DNA from: a virus
IMG/VR virus record: IMGVR_UViG_3300004209_000001
Location: 1 to 32,535 of that record
Strand: one strand, 5' to 3'
Length of the DNA stretch: 32,535 bases
This document shows, piece by piece, positions 1 through 8,145 of this stretch (its first letter is position 1; every line of letters starts with the position of its first letter). The notes under the pieces are model-generated. The model did not search any database, was not told where the DNA came from, and saw only the letters and a list, made by a program, of their open reading frames with translations. The position numbers were made by a program, and so were the translations under genes.

Positions 1-566
1 TCTATTATGTCAAGGAAAAGTCTGGATCTTAGCCTCGTATCCATATCAAAGAGCTTGTCTTTGTAGTTGGTGATGAGAACTATGCAGTTTCTGAGTATCT
101 TCTGATTGATGAAGTATAGGAAGTCAAGATCTTCTGCCTTGTCGATCTCATCAAAGATGAAGACTGCTGACTTCTGATTCATGTTCTCGGCAATAACCTC
201 AAAGAGTTCAATGCCTTTCTTATTCTGTGTAAAAGGATAGTCGAGTTGCTGGCAGATACATAAAGCCACTTTGTAAGTTGTATTGTTCTCCCAGCAATTA
301 ACATAAACAGGGATGATGAGGTCTGTTTCCTGCTCCAGTTCAGTTATAACGTGATTGCATGCCAATGTCTTGCCGATGCCTGATGATCCAAAGACTAAAA
401 CATTGCTTCCATTCTTGCTATTGAATAAGGGTTTTATGCAGTCAGCTATTGCGAACTGCTGGCTTTCCCTGAACTTGACAAGCTTTGGCTGATAATCAAA
501 GTCCAAAACCTGTTCGTTCTTGACAAGCGATTCCCCTGATTGAAGCATATTTTTGAATAGAGCCAT
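1..566 (-). CDS. cdc6: Orc1/Cdc6-family AAA+ replication initiator (N-terminal part; runs off the window edge), probably a host gene
   Basis: Manual translation from ATG at 566: MALFKNMLQSGESLVKNEQVLDFDYQPKLVKFRESQ...NVLVFGSSGIGKT (Walker A)...VYVNCW...AVFIFDEID (Walker B)...IVLITN (sensor 1)...RLRSRL (Arg finger). The frame is open to base 1. Not in the ORF track because it is truncated. Confidence 0.93.
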   Translation of the reverse strand, partial: MALFKNMLQSGESLVKNEQVLDFDYQPKLVKFRESQQFAIADCIKPLFNSKNGSNVLVFGSSGIGKTLACNHVITELEQETDLIIPVYVNCWENNTTYKVALCICQQLDYPFTQNKKGIELFEVIAENMNQKSAVFIFDEIDKAEDLDFLYFINQKILRNCIVLITNYKDKLFDMDTRLRSRLFLDII

Positions 567-589
567 CTGTATCCTTTTGAAATATCTGA

Positions 590-610
590 GAGTTCTATAA
601 ATACTTTGTG
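590..610 (-). promoter_or_regulatory. Archaeal BRE/TATA promoter of cdc6
   Basis: Minus strand reads CACAAAGTATTTATAGAAC, with TTTATA at 601-596 about 30 nt upstream of the cdc6 ATG and AAAGGA just before the ATG. Confidence 0.6.
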
Positions 611-702
611 TGCCATTGTCAAGTGCAGGCAGTTTCAAAGGGAATTATTCACGAGCCATAGACGACACACGCTTAAACCCTATATGGCTGGACTTGACAA
701 AA

Positions 703-1029
703 TTACCTGCGAAACAGGTTAAACAGCACAGAAACTGTTATTGAAATAAAGGTTACAACTATGCCCAAAATAGCTATAATTCTGCCAAAAGTCTGCTGAT
801 GCTCTTTCTTATGTTCTTCAAATTCGCACTTGACATTCTGCAGGTTTTCAGCGTATCCTTTGGTGCTTACTTTAAGGTCCGTAATGCTTGATCTGATGTC
901 TCCAAGCTCCTTTCTAAGCTCCTTTTGACCATCTTTGATGTTGGACATATCTGAAATTAGGACTTCTGTCCTGCTGTGCATCTCTGTAATCATCTCAGTG
1001 CATTTGCCACTAAGTCTTGGGTTTGCCAT
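703..1029 (-). CDS. Coiled-coil protein with C-terminal transmembrane helix (XhlA/holin-like lysis-module protein)
   Basis: Heptad-rich body followed by IIAILGIVVTFISITVSVLFNLF and a basic RR tail; last gene of the late operon. Confidence 0.55.
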   Translation of the reverse strand: MANPRLSGKCTEMITEMHSRTEVLISDMSNIKDGQKELRKELGDIRSSITDLKVSTKGYAENLQNVKCEFEEHKKEHQQTFGRIIAILGIVVTFISITVSVLFNLFRR

Positions 1030-1034
1030 TACTG

Positions 1035-1553
1035 TTACTCCTTCAAGCCCTTCTTTGAAGCTTGAAATGTGTTAGGGTGCATTAAAATAACCTCCTCGGG
1101 AATAGAGGTGGATTGCAGTATTTTCTTTTCTTTAGCAATCAACAAGTTTTCATTTGATGACCCGTAGACTTCGGATTGTTGAATGAGATTGCTAAATTGA
1201 TTTGATAATGATTTCATGATTACTCGTTCATACACCGAGACAACATGATTGTTCAGCATAGTAGCAAGCATTCTCATGCTTTCTTTAGGATATTCTCTAA
1301 ATGAATCCAGGTGCTGTCTGCAATCGAGTTCGCCAAGAAAGATTTCATCCCTGACAGAACATTCAGAAGTAATTTTTATGCCAATCCCTTCTTTAGGAAG
1401 TTCGTAGTTGATTCTCATATCTTGAGAAATTGCTGGAAAACGATCTTTCAATGCAAGTTCTATATCTGAAAATAACTTGTTGATGAAATCTTTTTGTTCA
1501 TCAGTCCAATTTCCAGTTTCTATGAACTCCTTCTCAAATGAATTATTTCCCAT
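1035..1553 (-). CDS. Hypothetical protein, possibly a truncated HK97-capsid-fold protein
   Basis: 172 aa with RBS GAGGT. Segments LPKEGIGIKITSE, VYERVIMKSL and PEEVILMHPNTF resemble capsid motifs of 16620-18202 (by eye only). Confidence 0.6.
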   Translation of the reverse strand: MGNNSFEKEFIETGNWTDEQKDFINKLFSDIELALKDRFPAISQDMRINYELPKEGIGIKITSECSVRDEIFLGELDCRQHLDSFREYPKESMRMLATMLNNHVVSVYERVIMKSLSNQFSNLIQQSEVYGSSNENLLIAKEKKILQSTSIPEEVILMHPNTFQASKKGLKE

Positions 1554-1567
1554 CTAAAATACCTCAA

Positions 1568-1720
1568 TTAAGGAGTCATAATTTCATTATATCTGTCAAT
1601 GATTGACTGATAATATGCTTCCTCATCAGATCCTGTTGTTGTTTGAGATTTAAGAGACTCTAACTTATTGACTGCAACCTGCATCGCTTGTTTGGATATT
1701 CTTCTTTGATACATTCTCAT
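1568..1720 (-). CDS. Small 50-aa protein directly after the tail fibre (possible fibre-associated or chaperone protein)
   Basis: Manual translation MRMYQRRISKQAMQVAVNKLESLKSQTTTGSDEEAYYQSIIDRYNEIMTP. RBS GAGGTG upstream; fills the gap between two genes; below the ORF-track cutoff. Confidence 0.7.
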   Translation of the reverse strand: MRMYQRRISKQAMQVAVNKLESLKSQTTTGSDEEAYYQSIIDRYNEIMTP

Positions 1721-1724
1721 CGTC

Positions 1725-4364
1725 TTACACCTCATTATCTATGAACAAACCATATTCAAGGAACTGAGCTGCAATATCTTTCGTTCCATCTGGTGTCCAA
1801 TAGAATTTTATTTTGAATGCATTCAGAGGTTGATTTGCCAAAGGTATTCCAACATAAGTGTCTATCTTCTGGTTTTCTAATATTGGCACATCAGTGGAGC
1901 TTAGCACATCAAACTTCATTAGGTCCAATAGATCAAGCGCTCCTCTTCCCTCTACTTTTGCAGTTACATAGACTCCTTTGACATTCTCCACACTGAAAGT
2001 CTTTGTCTTTAAATTGAATCCTATTTGTTCTCTTCCTGTCTGTGCATTTGCATAATCCACAATGTAAAATGCATTGTTAGTGCTGTCCCACATTACTATG
2101 CTACTTTTTCCCATTGCACTGACCCCACGACGACCTGAGAAGCTACCTGCAGCTACTGCTTGTCCAGGAGTAGTTATTCCACCTTCAATTTTGTAAGTTT
2201 TGTCGTGATAGCTGTAAAAACAAGTCTTGCTTCCGTATGATACTGCATAACCTAATCTTTCTATATCGTTCGTTTGTGCAGATTCAACATTGCTTTCCAC
2301 TAAGATTCCTCTTTGAAGCACGTTATCTCCTATGTTGTAATTTTGCCACCAGTCTGCATTTTGTCCAGCCTCAATGTAAATCACTCTCATATTGTATTCT
2401 GCATCTCTGTAAGGTATCCACATTCTGTCTTTATCGTTGCAGATGGCGTGACTGTTGAAATATCTTGGATATCCATTTGTGTTTGTGTTGTTGCTTCCAT
2501 TGTAATAATCTCTATATCCCACAAAGATGTCTCCATTATCCAATACTTTTACAGGCCATCTTCTCCCTTCAACATAGAAGTTGCTTGTCTGATGTCTCCA
2601 TGTCATTTGATAGATATATCCGTTTGTTGGTATATATCCAACTCCATAAACATAGTAATTTGTATCCAACATATCTCCTGTCCAGATTACTCTGAAATTT
2701 TTATCAAAGAGAACAGGTTGCCTATGGTGACCCCAGTCAGTAAATCTTTGTCCTCCTAAGTATGCAAGGAATCCTCTTAGACTTGGCACGTACTGCAAAC
2801 TATGTACCATATACCAGTTCGCAAATCCTGAGTTGGCCTCATCAAGTGCGTTGATCCATTTGACAACATTCAAATTTTCATCTAAGACCATTATATCTAC
2901 ACTTGAAGTAAATCCTAATTTAACATTAGCTTTGTAGACGGGAACATAGAGATAATTATCGTCGTGAGTCCAATGCAATGGGTGACCGCACCATGTTCCG
3001 CTATCTTTATAGAAGCTGTGGGAACGAGTTCCTGTTGGATCTGTATCATTTGGGTTTGCCATCCAATCTTGAGCCCAAATTTGAGCGTGGATCTTAGCTC
3101 CTGTTTTAGGATTAATGCTTGCAATACCCCAACCCAGTTCTCCATAGACTGCATATCTTAGCCATGTGAGTATTTTTCCTTTCCAATAATATGTTCTTGT
3201 TTTCCAGTCAAAGTTTGAGTTTCCACTTACATCAGGTAATCCTGAAACATTGACTTGTCCTCTTGGAAAATCAATTGCTTCCCAAAAGCCATGCATGTTT
3301 TCTCCATCATTTACCACTTCAATTGTGTCGTTTAGTCCATTTCTATCCCAGAACTTGTCCACAAGCATATTGGTAAACGGAATTTCTGTTGGTAAACTCA
3401 TAAGTGCATTCTGTTCCAACTCATTTAATGCAAGCTGTACTATCTGACCTTTTATTGTCGTCAATTCATTCTTTGTCTTATCTGCATTCACAGCAAATGA
3501 ATTGGGAATCCTAACATCGAAAATATTTGAATTTGTTATTGCAGTAAGCCCTGCTGGAACTGTGATTATTGCCAAAGCATGTTTATTTGCTGGTAAATCT
3601 GGTGGTTCAACAGGATTCTGACTTTGAGGAGTTCCCTGCACTAATTCTATTTTGCCATTTTCGCCAACAACAATAAGATCTTTTCTTTCATTGTTTGGGT
3701 CGGCTGTCGGCACTAGGATGTGTGTGTCAAACTCCACAAAATCAAAATAGAATATGCGAGTTCCTGCAGTCCATTGTAGTCCATCAAACTCGAAGATTAA
3801 GGATTGAAATTTATTCTTTTGAACATCATTTGCAGGAAGATCTACAAGTATTCTATTCCATTGTCCTGAAGTTAGAGATGCAGCCGATATCTGAGTCAAT
3901 ATGAATTCGCTTCCATTGTTTTTGTATTTGATATAAAGGTCGTTACTCATAGCAGCAACAGGATAAAATCTTAAAATCAGTTTGTTTCTATATTTTATAT
4001 CAAGAGAATCATATTCTTTGTAGATTCTGTTTTTGAATTGACTTGTTCCGTCATGATTCCAAGTCATTTTTAGAGATTTAGAGCCTTCAAATACAATAGA
4101 TGTTCCTTCAGTAAGGGCTGTGTGTTCTGCAGATTTCCAACTATTTACTCCACCTTCAAAATTATCCTGAATATGATCTGCCCATGTTTGTCTTATATCG
4201 TTGATCCAACATTGTCCTCCACTTGGAATGTTTACTATCATATTTTCAAAAGGTAAAACCTTGAAAGAATTCTCTGAACTAACTCCAAACACTCTGTATC
4301 CTCTGTTGATATTTTCTACTGCAGGAGCCCAAGCAATTTCATTATTTTTTATTTCGTAAGCCAT
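1725..4364 (-). CDS. Tail fibre / receptor-binding protein (anchor domain, carbohydrate-binding-like module, coiled coil, aromatic-rich beta region)
   Basis: Start moved to ATG 4364 (RBS GAGGTGA). Contains ADPNNERKDLIVV...GTP...PPDLP...LAIITVPAG...IFDVR, typical of phage minor tail anchor domains; last large gene of the tail module. Confidence 0.75.
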   Translation of the reverse strand: MAYEIKNNEIAWAPAVENINRGYRVFGVSSENSFKVLPFENMIVNIPSGGQCWINDIRQTWADHIQDNFEGGVNSWKSAEHTALTEGTSIVFEGSKSLKMTWNHDGTSQFKNRIYKEYDSLDIKYRNKLILRFYPVAAMSNDLYIKYKNNGSEFILTQISAASLTSGQWNRILVDLPANDVQKNKFQSLIFEFDGLQWTAGTRIFYFDFVEFDTHILVPTADPNNERKDLIVVGENGKIELVQGTPQSQNPVEPPDLPANKHALAIITVPAGLTAITNSNIFDVRIPNSFAVNADKTKNELTTIKGQIVQLALNELEQNALMSLPTEIPFTNMLVDKFWDRNGLNDTIEVVNDGENMHGFWEAIDFPRGQVNVSGLPDVSGNSNFDWKTRTYYWKGKILTWLRYAVYGELGWGIASINPKTGAKIHAQIWAQDWMANPNDTDPTGTRSHSFYKDSGTWCGHPLHWTHDDNYLYVPVYKANVKLGFTSSVDIMVLDENLNVVKWINALDEANSGFANWYMVHSLQYVPSLRGFLAYLGGQRFTDWGHHRQPVLFDKNFRVIWTGDMLDTNYYVYGVGYIPTNGYIYQMTWRHQTSNFYVEGRRWPVKVLDNGDIFVGYRDYYNGSNNTNTNGYPRYFNSHAICNDKDRMWIPYRDAEYNMRVIYIEAGQNADWWQNYNIGDNVLQRGILVESNVESAQTNDIERLGYAVSYGSKTCFYSYHDKTYKIEGGITTPGQAVAAGSFSGRRGVSAMGKSSIVMWDSTNNAFYIVDYANAQTGREQIGFNLKTKTFSVENVKGVYVTAKVEGRGALDLLDLMKFDVLSSTDVPILENQKIDTYVGIPLANQPLNAFKIKFYWTPDGTKDIAAQFLEYGLFIDNEV

Positions 4365-4393
4365 ACCATTCACCTCATGTTTCTTTCTTTATG

Positions 4394-4741
4394 TTATTTT
4401 ATTTCAATCACGATATCAATCAGCCATTCGAGTAAGGCAGATTTGTTTTCAGCAGGAAAATTTGTGATGACAAACAAATTTCCTCCACTTGGAGAATCGA
4501 GTAGACCAAGTTCTGAGAAATCATTTCCATTCCCTTCGCTTGATCCGATGAAGCATTCAAAATCTATGCTTCCTGTTTCATCGTCAATAGTTTTGTCTGT
4601 GACATCTTTTCTGAATACTTCCTGACCGAGATTTGTCGCAAACTCAGTATCGGTATTTAGTCCAGTGCCCATCGCAAAATGAGTTACTTGACTTTTTAAT
4701 GCTTCAAGCAATTGCTGTTTTCCTGTGTTTGTCAGTACCAT
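4394..4741 (-). CDS. Tail-tip / tail-collar protein resembling the N-terminus of P2 gpH-like fibre proteins
   Basis: LTNTGKQQL...THFAMGTG...ELGLLD...GNLF motif; position between hub and fibre. Confidence 0.65.
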   Translation of the reverse strand: MVLTNTGKQQLLEALKSQVTHFAMGTGLNTDTEFATNLGQEVFRKDVTDKTIDDETGSIDFECFIGSSEGNGNDFSELGLLDSPSGGNLFVITNFPAENKSALLEWLIDIVIEIK

Positions 4742-4746
4742 TTTTC

Positions 4747-5208
4747 TTACTCGATTTTTATTGTGTATTGATAGACTATCTTGATGTAGCTCGTCTTATT
4801 GATGCCTTGATGCGTAAATCTTGAGAACATTCTGTTGTCTGCAAAGAACATTCCAATCTCTGAAAGAGTATTTCCATTTCCTTCTGTAAAATCAACTGTG
4901 AGCTGATATCTTACTTCTTTCACCGATGGATAGCCAACACTATCGAAAGCTTTTGTAGAAACTCCAGTTGTGAAATTAACTGGTGTTTGAAGTCCTGTGT
5001 CTGCTTCAACTGTTGCATTTGTTCCTGTTCCTATCTTGAAATAATTTATCAGGCTCGTGTATGATCCATTGATGTGTTTAAGCATTGATTCAATGCCCAA
5101 ATTCACAACCTTGTTCATCGTCTGTGAATTGATGACTCTGCCTTCTTTGTCTACTACGAGAATTTTTACTTCTCCTTTTGCTTTTAGAATATCTTTTTGG
5201 TTTACCAT
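4747..5208 (-). CDS. Tail-tip / tail-collar protein, paralog of 4394-4741
   Basis: VVNLG...NYFKIGTG...EGNGNTLSEIGMF...MFSR, with the same motif order as its neighbour. Confidence 0.65.
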   Translation of the reverse strand: MVNQKDILKAKGEVKILVVDKEGRVINSQTMNKVVNLGIESMLKHINGSYTSLINYFKIGTGTNATVEADTGLQTPVNFTTGVSTKAFDSVGYPSVKEVRYQLTVDFTEGNGNTLSEIGMFFADNRMFSRFTHQGINKTSYIKIVYQYTIKIE

Positions 5209-7754
5209 GTTGCCTCACTCCATTTTGATCTTGTGTTCACGACTGAAATCTGATTGTTTAGCGAGTTGATATTTTCAATTCCAATAAATTCTTCTGCAAT
5301 CAACGATTCAGTTTCTGTTTTGCTGTAAGTGCTTGATTGCTGTTCTTGTTGGAATTTTATCCATCCGTTTTTGCTCCAATATTTCAGCGACCATCCATTA
5401 AACTGTTCTGACCAGGAGAGTTCTGCAAAGATCTTGTCTGATGATGCGATGCTTGATGATTCAGTTCTGTTCTGAATATCTTGTTGTGCAAGTCCTCGAG
5501 GAATATTTCCCCAGTCGTCTTTGCTCCATCCTCTTACGCTCCAGAAGAAGCCATCCTCAAGTTCGTTGAATCTAAGGGATGTCCTGTCTTCTGCTGTAAG
5601 ATAATCTTTTATTTCTTTCAAGATAATATTTTCTGTATGTCCATAGTCGATGACTGGCTTCTTATTCCATGATGCTCTGCTGTAGATGAATTCATTGTCA
5701 AAGTCACTCAAGAATTCCTGTGCAAGAGATAACTTGTCATTGACATGTAATTGATCTATCTCTGACTTGTCATAAGGTGTTATTTGAGTGGATTCTTCAA
5801 TTCCTGTTCTGCTCCACACATAATTCATGCTCCACATAGGCACATGCAGAGAGTAATTCTCTTTGAGAGATAATTCAAAGGAATTCTGCTCGGTAATACC
5901 AATATTCTCATATGCAATTTTATCAAATATTCTCTGTGATGGAGCTCCTGCAGGAGTTGTCTTTGTAAAACCCATCTTTGACCAATAAGGTGGACTCCCT
6001 CCATTCAAACTCCAAATTGTTGCAGCACTATAATTAGAATGCAGTGATAATCCAAACGATAAATTATCAAGATCTTGTTTTATGTTGTCAATTACTTCTT
6101 TCAAAATTGTTGGTGTCGGGATTGTGAATTCTGTTTTTCCAGAGTATGCATTTTGAGTCCATTCATTGTAACTGAATACGAGAATCTTATTTAGTTCAGG
6201 ACTGAAAATTACTTCAAGATTTAACTCATGCTCTGCAAAGTAAGAAGTGTCTTTATAGACTACATCCTTGTCGCCATATTCGAAGAATGTTTGAAATGAT
6301 GAAGTATTATCAACACCCCAATCATTATGATTCCATACTCCTTCCTTGCTCCATGTAAACCCTTCAAGTAATGATCTTTTCTTTGCAGTTATCCTCTTAA
6401 TTCTAATAGTTATTGTGTCCTCAAATGTCGTGAGCTTTGTGACTACTTCGACATCTCCTTTCAATAATTCCTCAACTTGTTTTAATCTCAAGATGATATC
6501 TTTTAGAATGTTAGATCCTGTTTGTGTTGTTTGTGCAAGTTTAAGAGATGAAGTAAATCCTTCTCTTTTAGAGAAAGAATAAGAGCATTCCAAAACTTGC
6601 ATAGAATGATTTATTCCTTTTGAAAGATCTTTGACGGTGATTACTTCTCCAACATTAAAATCAACACTTGCAGGAGCATCTGCTTCTGCAATGAATAAGG
6701 GCTTTCCATATTGCTTAATAAATTCTCGTGCATACTTCTTGGCTTCTGATTTCTCTTTAATATTTTTATTCTTGATAAATTGAACTTTCTCTCCATATTT
6801 TTTTATTGATGCAAAGTCAGTCGCTTCCACTTTAATTGGAATATCATAGGTGTAATCAATTACAACTTGATCCATTAATGCAGGAGTATTGACGAGAGTT
6901 ACTTTCTTCTCGAAGAAATCAACAAAGAACTCTGGATTTTGAGAAATTCCCTCAACACCACCAATAAGATTTACTCCATTAACACTCACTCTTGTGTTAT
7001 GTGGTTTGAAGACGAGACTGTATTCTTTTGTTACTCCATTGCCTGTGAATCTTTGTGTTTTTGCAAATTCTCTTTTATCTCCTTCAACAATTACTCTGTT
7101 GGCCATCTGGCTTTTATCTTCAATAAAAACCAGTGTCTTGAGATTAACTCCTCTCTGCAAAACAAAATCTGATTCTATACTTTTTCTTATCTTGCAATGG
7201 AATTTTATTAATCCCTCTCCATCACTTGTCACCCAAAAATCAAATCCAATAAGTTCTGCAAGATATTCGATGATCTCGATAATTGGCTTATCTTCAAAAG
7301 CTATTTTCTCGACAATGAAATCATTATCATCAAAAGAATCAATATCCCAAGTGTACTCGGGAATCTTTTCAGAAAGTATATCTTTGATTATATCGACGGC
7401 TTTCTCTTGAGCAAATGCGTCTGTGATAAATCTATTTAGCATGAATGATGCAAAATCTTCTGCTTCCAAATCAAATTCTTCTTTCGTATTTGTTTTTTTT
7501 ATGCTCTGAACAAGCCCATCAAATATGAGTTTGAGATTGTTGGAATCATATCCTGCGAGAATCTTTATTTTTGCTGATGAATCTAATTGTTGCAGAATGA
7601 GTAAAGCATTATAGTCGACATTCAATGATGCAGTATTTGTTCTCGATGTAACTCCAAGATTTGAGTCCCATTTAGTCACATAACTACTTATTTCTTGCCA
7701 GCCATTTCCTACGTCAAGGAATGCTTTAAATTTTGGTTTATGCGACTCATTCAT
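5202..7754 (-). CDS. Baseplate hub / Tal-like tail-tip protein with Trp-Ser-rich C-terminal extension
   Basis: LIFDGLVQSI...LEAEDFAS...IIKDIL...IIEYLAELIGFDFWV...ANRVIVEG...KKYGEK pattern of gp27/Mu gpP-type hubs; follows the TMP and Dit-like genes. Confidence 0.75.
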   Translation of the reverse strand: MNESHKPKFKAFLDVGNGWQEISSYVTKWDSNLGVTSRTNTASLNVDYNALLILQQLDSSAKIKILAGYDSNNLKLIFDGLVQSIKKTNTKEEFDLEAEDFASFMLNRFITDAFAQEKAVDIIKDILSEKIPEYTWDIDSFDDNDFIVEKIAFEDKPIIEIIEYLAELIGFDFWVTSDGEGLIKFHCKIRKSIESDFVLQRGVNLKTLVFIEDKSQMANRVIVEGDKREFAKTQRFTGNGVTKEYSLVFKPHNTRVSVNGVNLIGGVEGISQNPEFFVDFFEKKVTLVNTPALMDQVVIDYTYDIPIKVEATDFASIKKYGEKVQFIKNKNIKEKSEAKKYAREFIKQYGKPLFIAEADAPASVDFNVGEVITVKDLSKGINHSMQVLECSYSFSKREGFTSSLKLAQTTQTGSNILKDIILRLKQVEELLKGDVEVVTKLTTFEDTITIRIKRITAKKRSLLEGFTWSKEGVWNHNDWGVDNTSSFQTFFEYGDKDVVYKDTSYFAEHELNLEVIFSPELNKILVFSYNEWTQNAYSGKTEFTIPTPTILKEVIDNIKQDLDNLSFGLSLHSNYSAATIWSLNGGSPPYWSKMGFTKTTPAGAPSQRIFDKIAYENIGITEQNSFELSLKENYSLHVPMWSMNYVWSRTGIEESTQITPYDKSEIDQLHVNDKLSLAQEFLSDFDNEFIYSRASWNKKPVIDYGHTENIILKEIKDYLTAEDRTSLRFNELEDGFFWSVRGWSKDDWGNIPRGLAQQDIQNRTESSSIASSDKIFAELSWSEQFNGWSLKYWSKNGWIKFQQEQQSSTYSKTETESLIAEEFIGIENINSLNNQISVVNTRSKWSEATW

Positions 7755-7761
7755 GTTTTCA

Positions 7762-8145
7762 TCAGTTACTAAATTCTGTCAGTACGATTGTAAATTCCCA
7801 TGGCTCTCCACCTTGTTCAGGAATATCTATGTCTGTGATGACATATCTTCCATTGAGATCATCCTCATAGCCTTCTGTATCAAGATAGAGAATTGTACCA
7901 TTGAGTGTGAGACTTCGTATGATTCCTTTATTCGATGCTTTTGTTGCATGACTTCCAAGAAGCTTTCCTGATAACACAACATCTCCGTCGCTTGATCCAA
8001 GAAAATGTCTGATGTTACCCCTCTTATTTGGAATTTCGTGTTCTATCCAGATCACTTTTGTCTTTGTTTCAAGCTTTGTAATTGCTCTGTCTACATTGTT
8101 GAATTCGAGCAATGTTTGTGTTTGATTTTGATCTAAGAGTTTCAT
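7762..8145 (-). CDS. Distal tail (Dit)/tube-initiator-like protein
   Basis: 127 aa immediately after the TMP with an ATGA overlap; HEIPNKRG...LGS...VVLSG...YVITDIDI...FTIVLTE pattern. Confidence 0.6.
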   Translation of the reverse strand: MKLLDQNQTQTLLEFNNVDRAITKLETKTKVIWIEHEIPNKRGNIRHFLGSSDGDVVLSGKLLGSHATKASNKGIIRSLTLNGTILYLDTEGYEDDLNGRYVITDIDIPEQGGEPWEFTIVLTEFSN

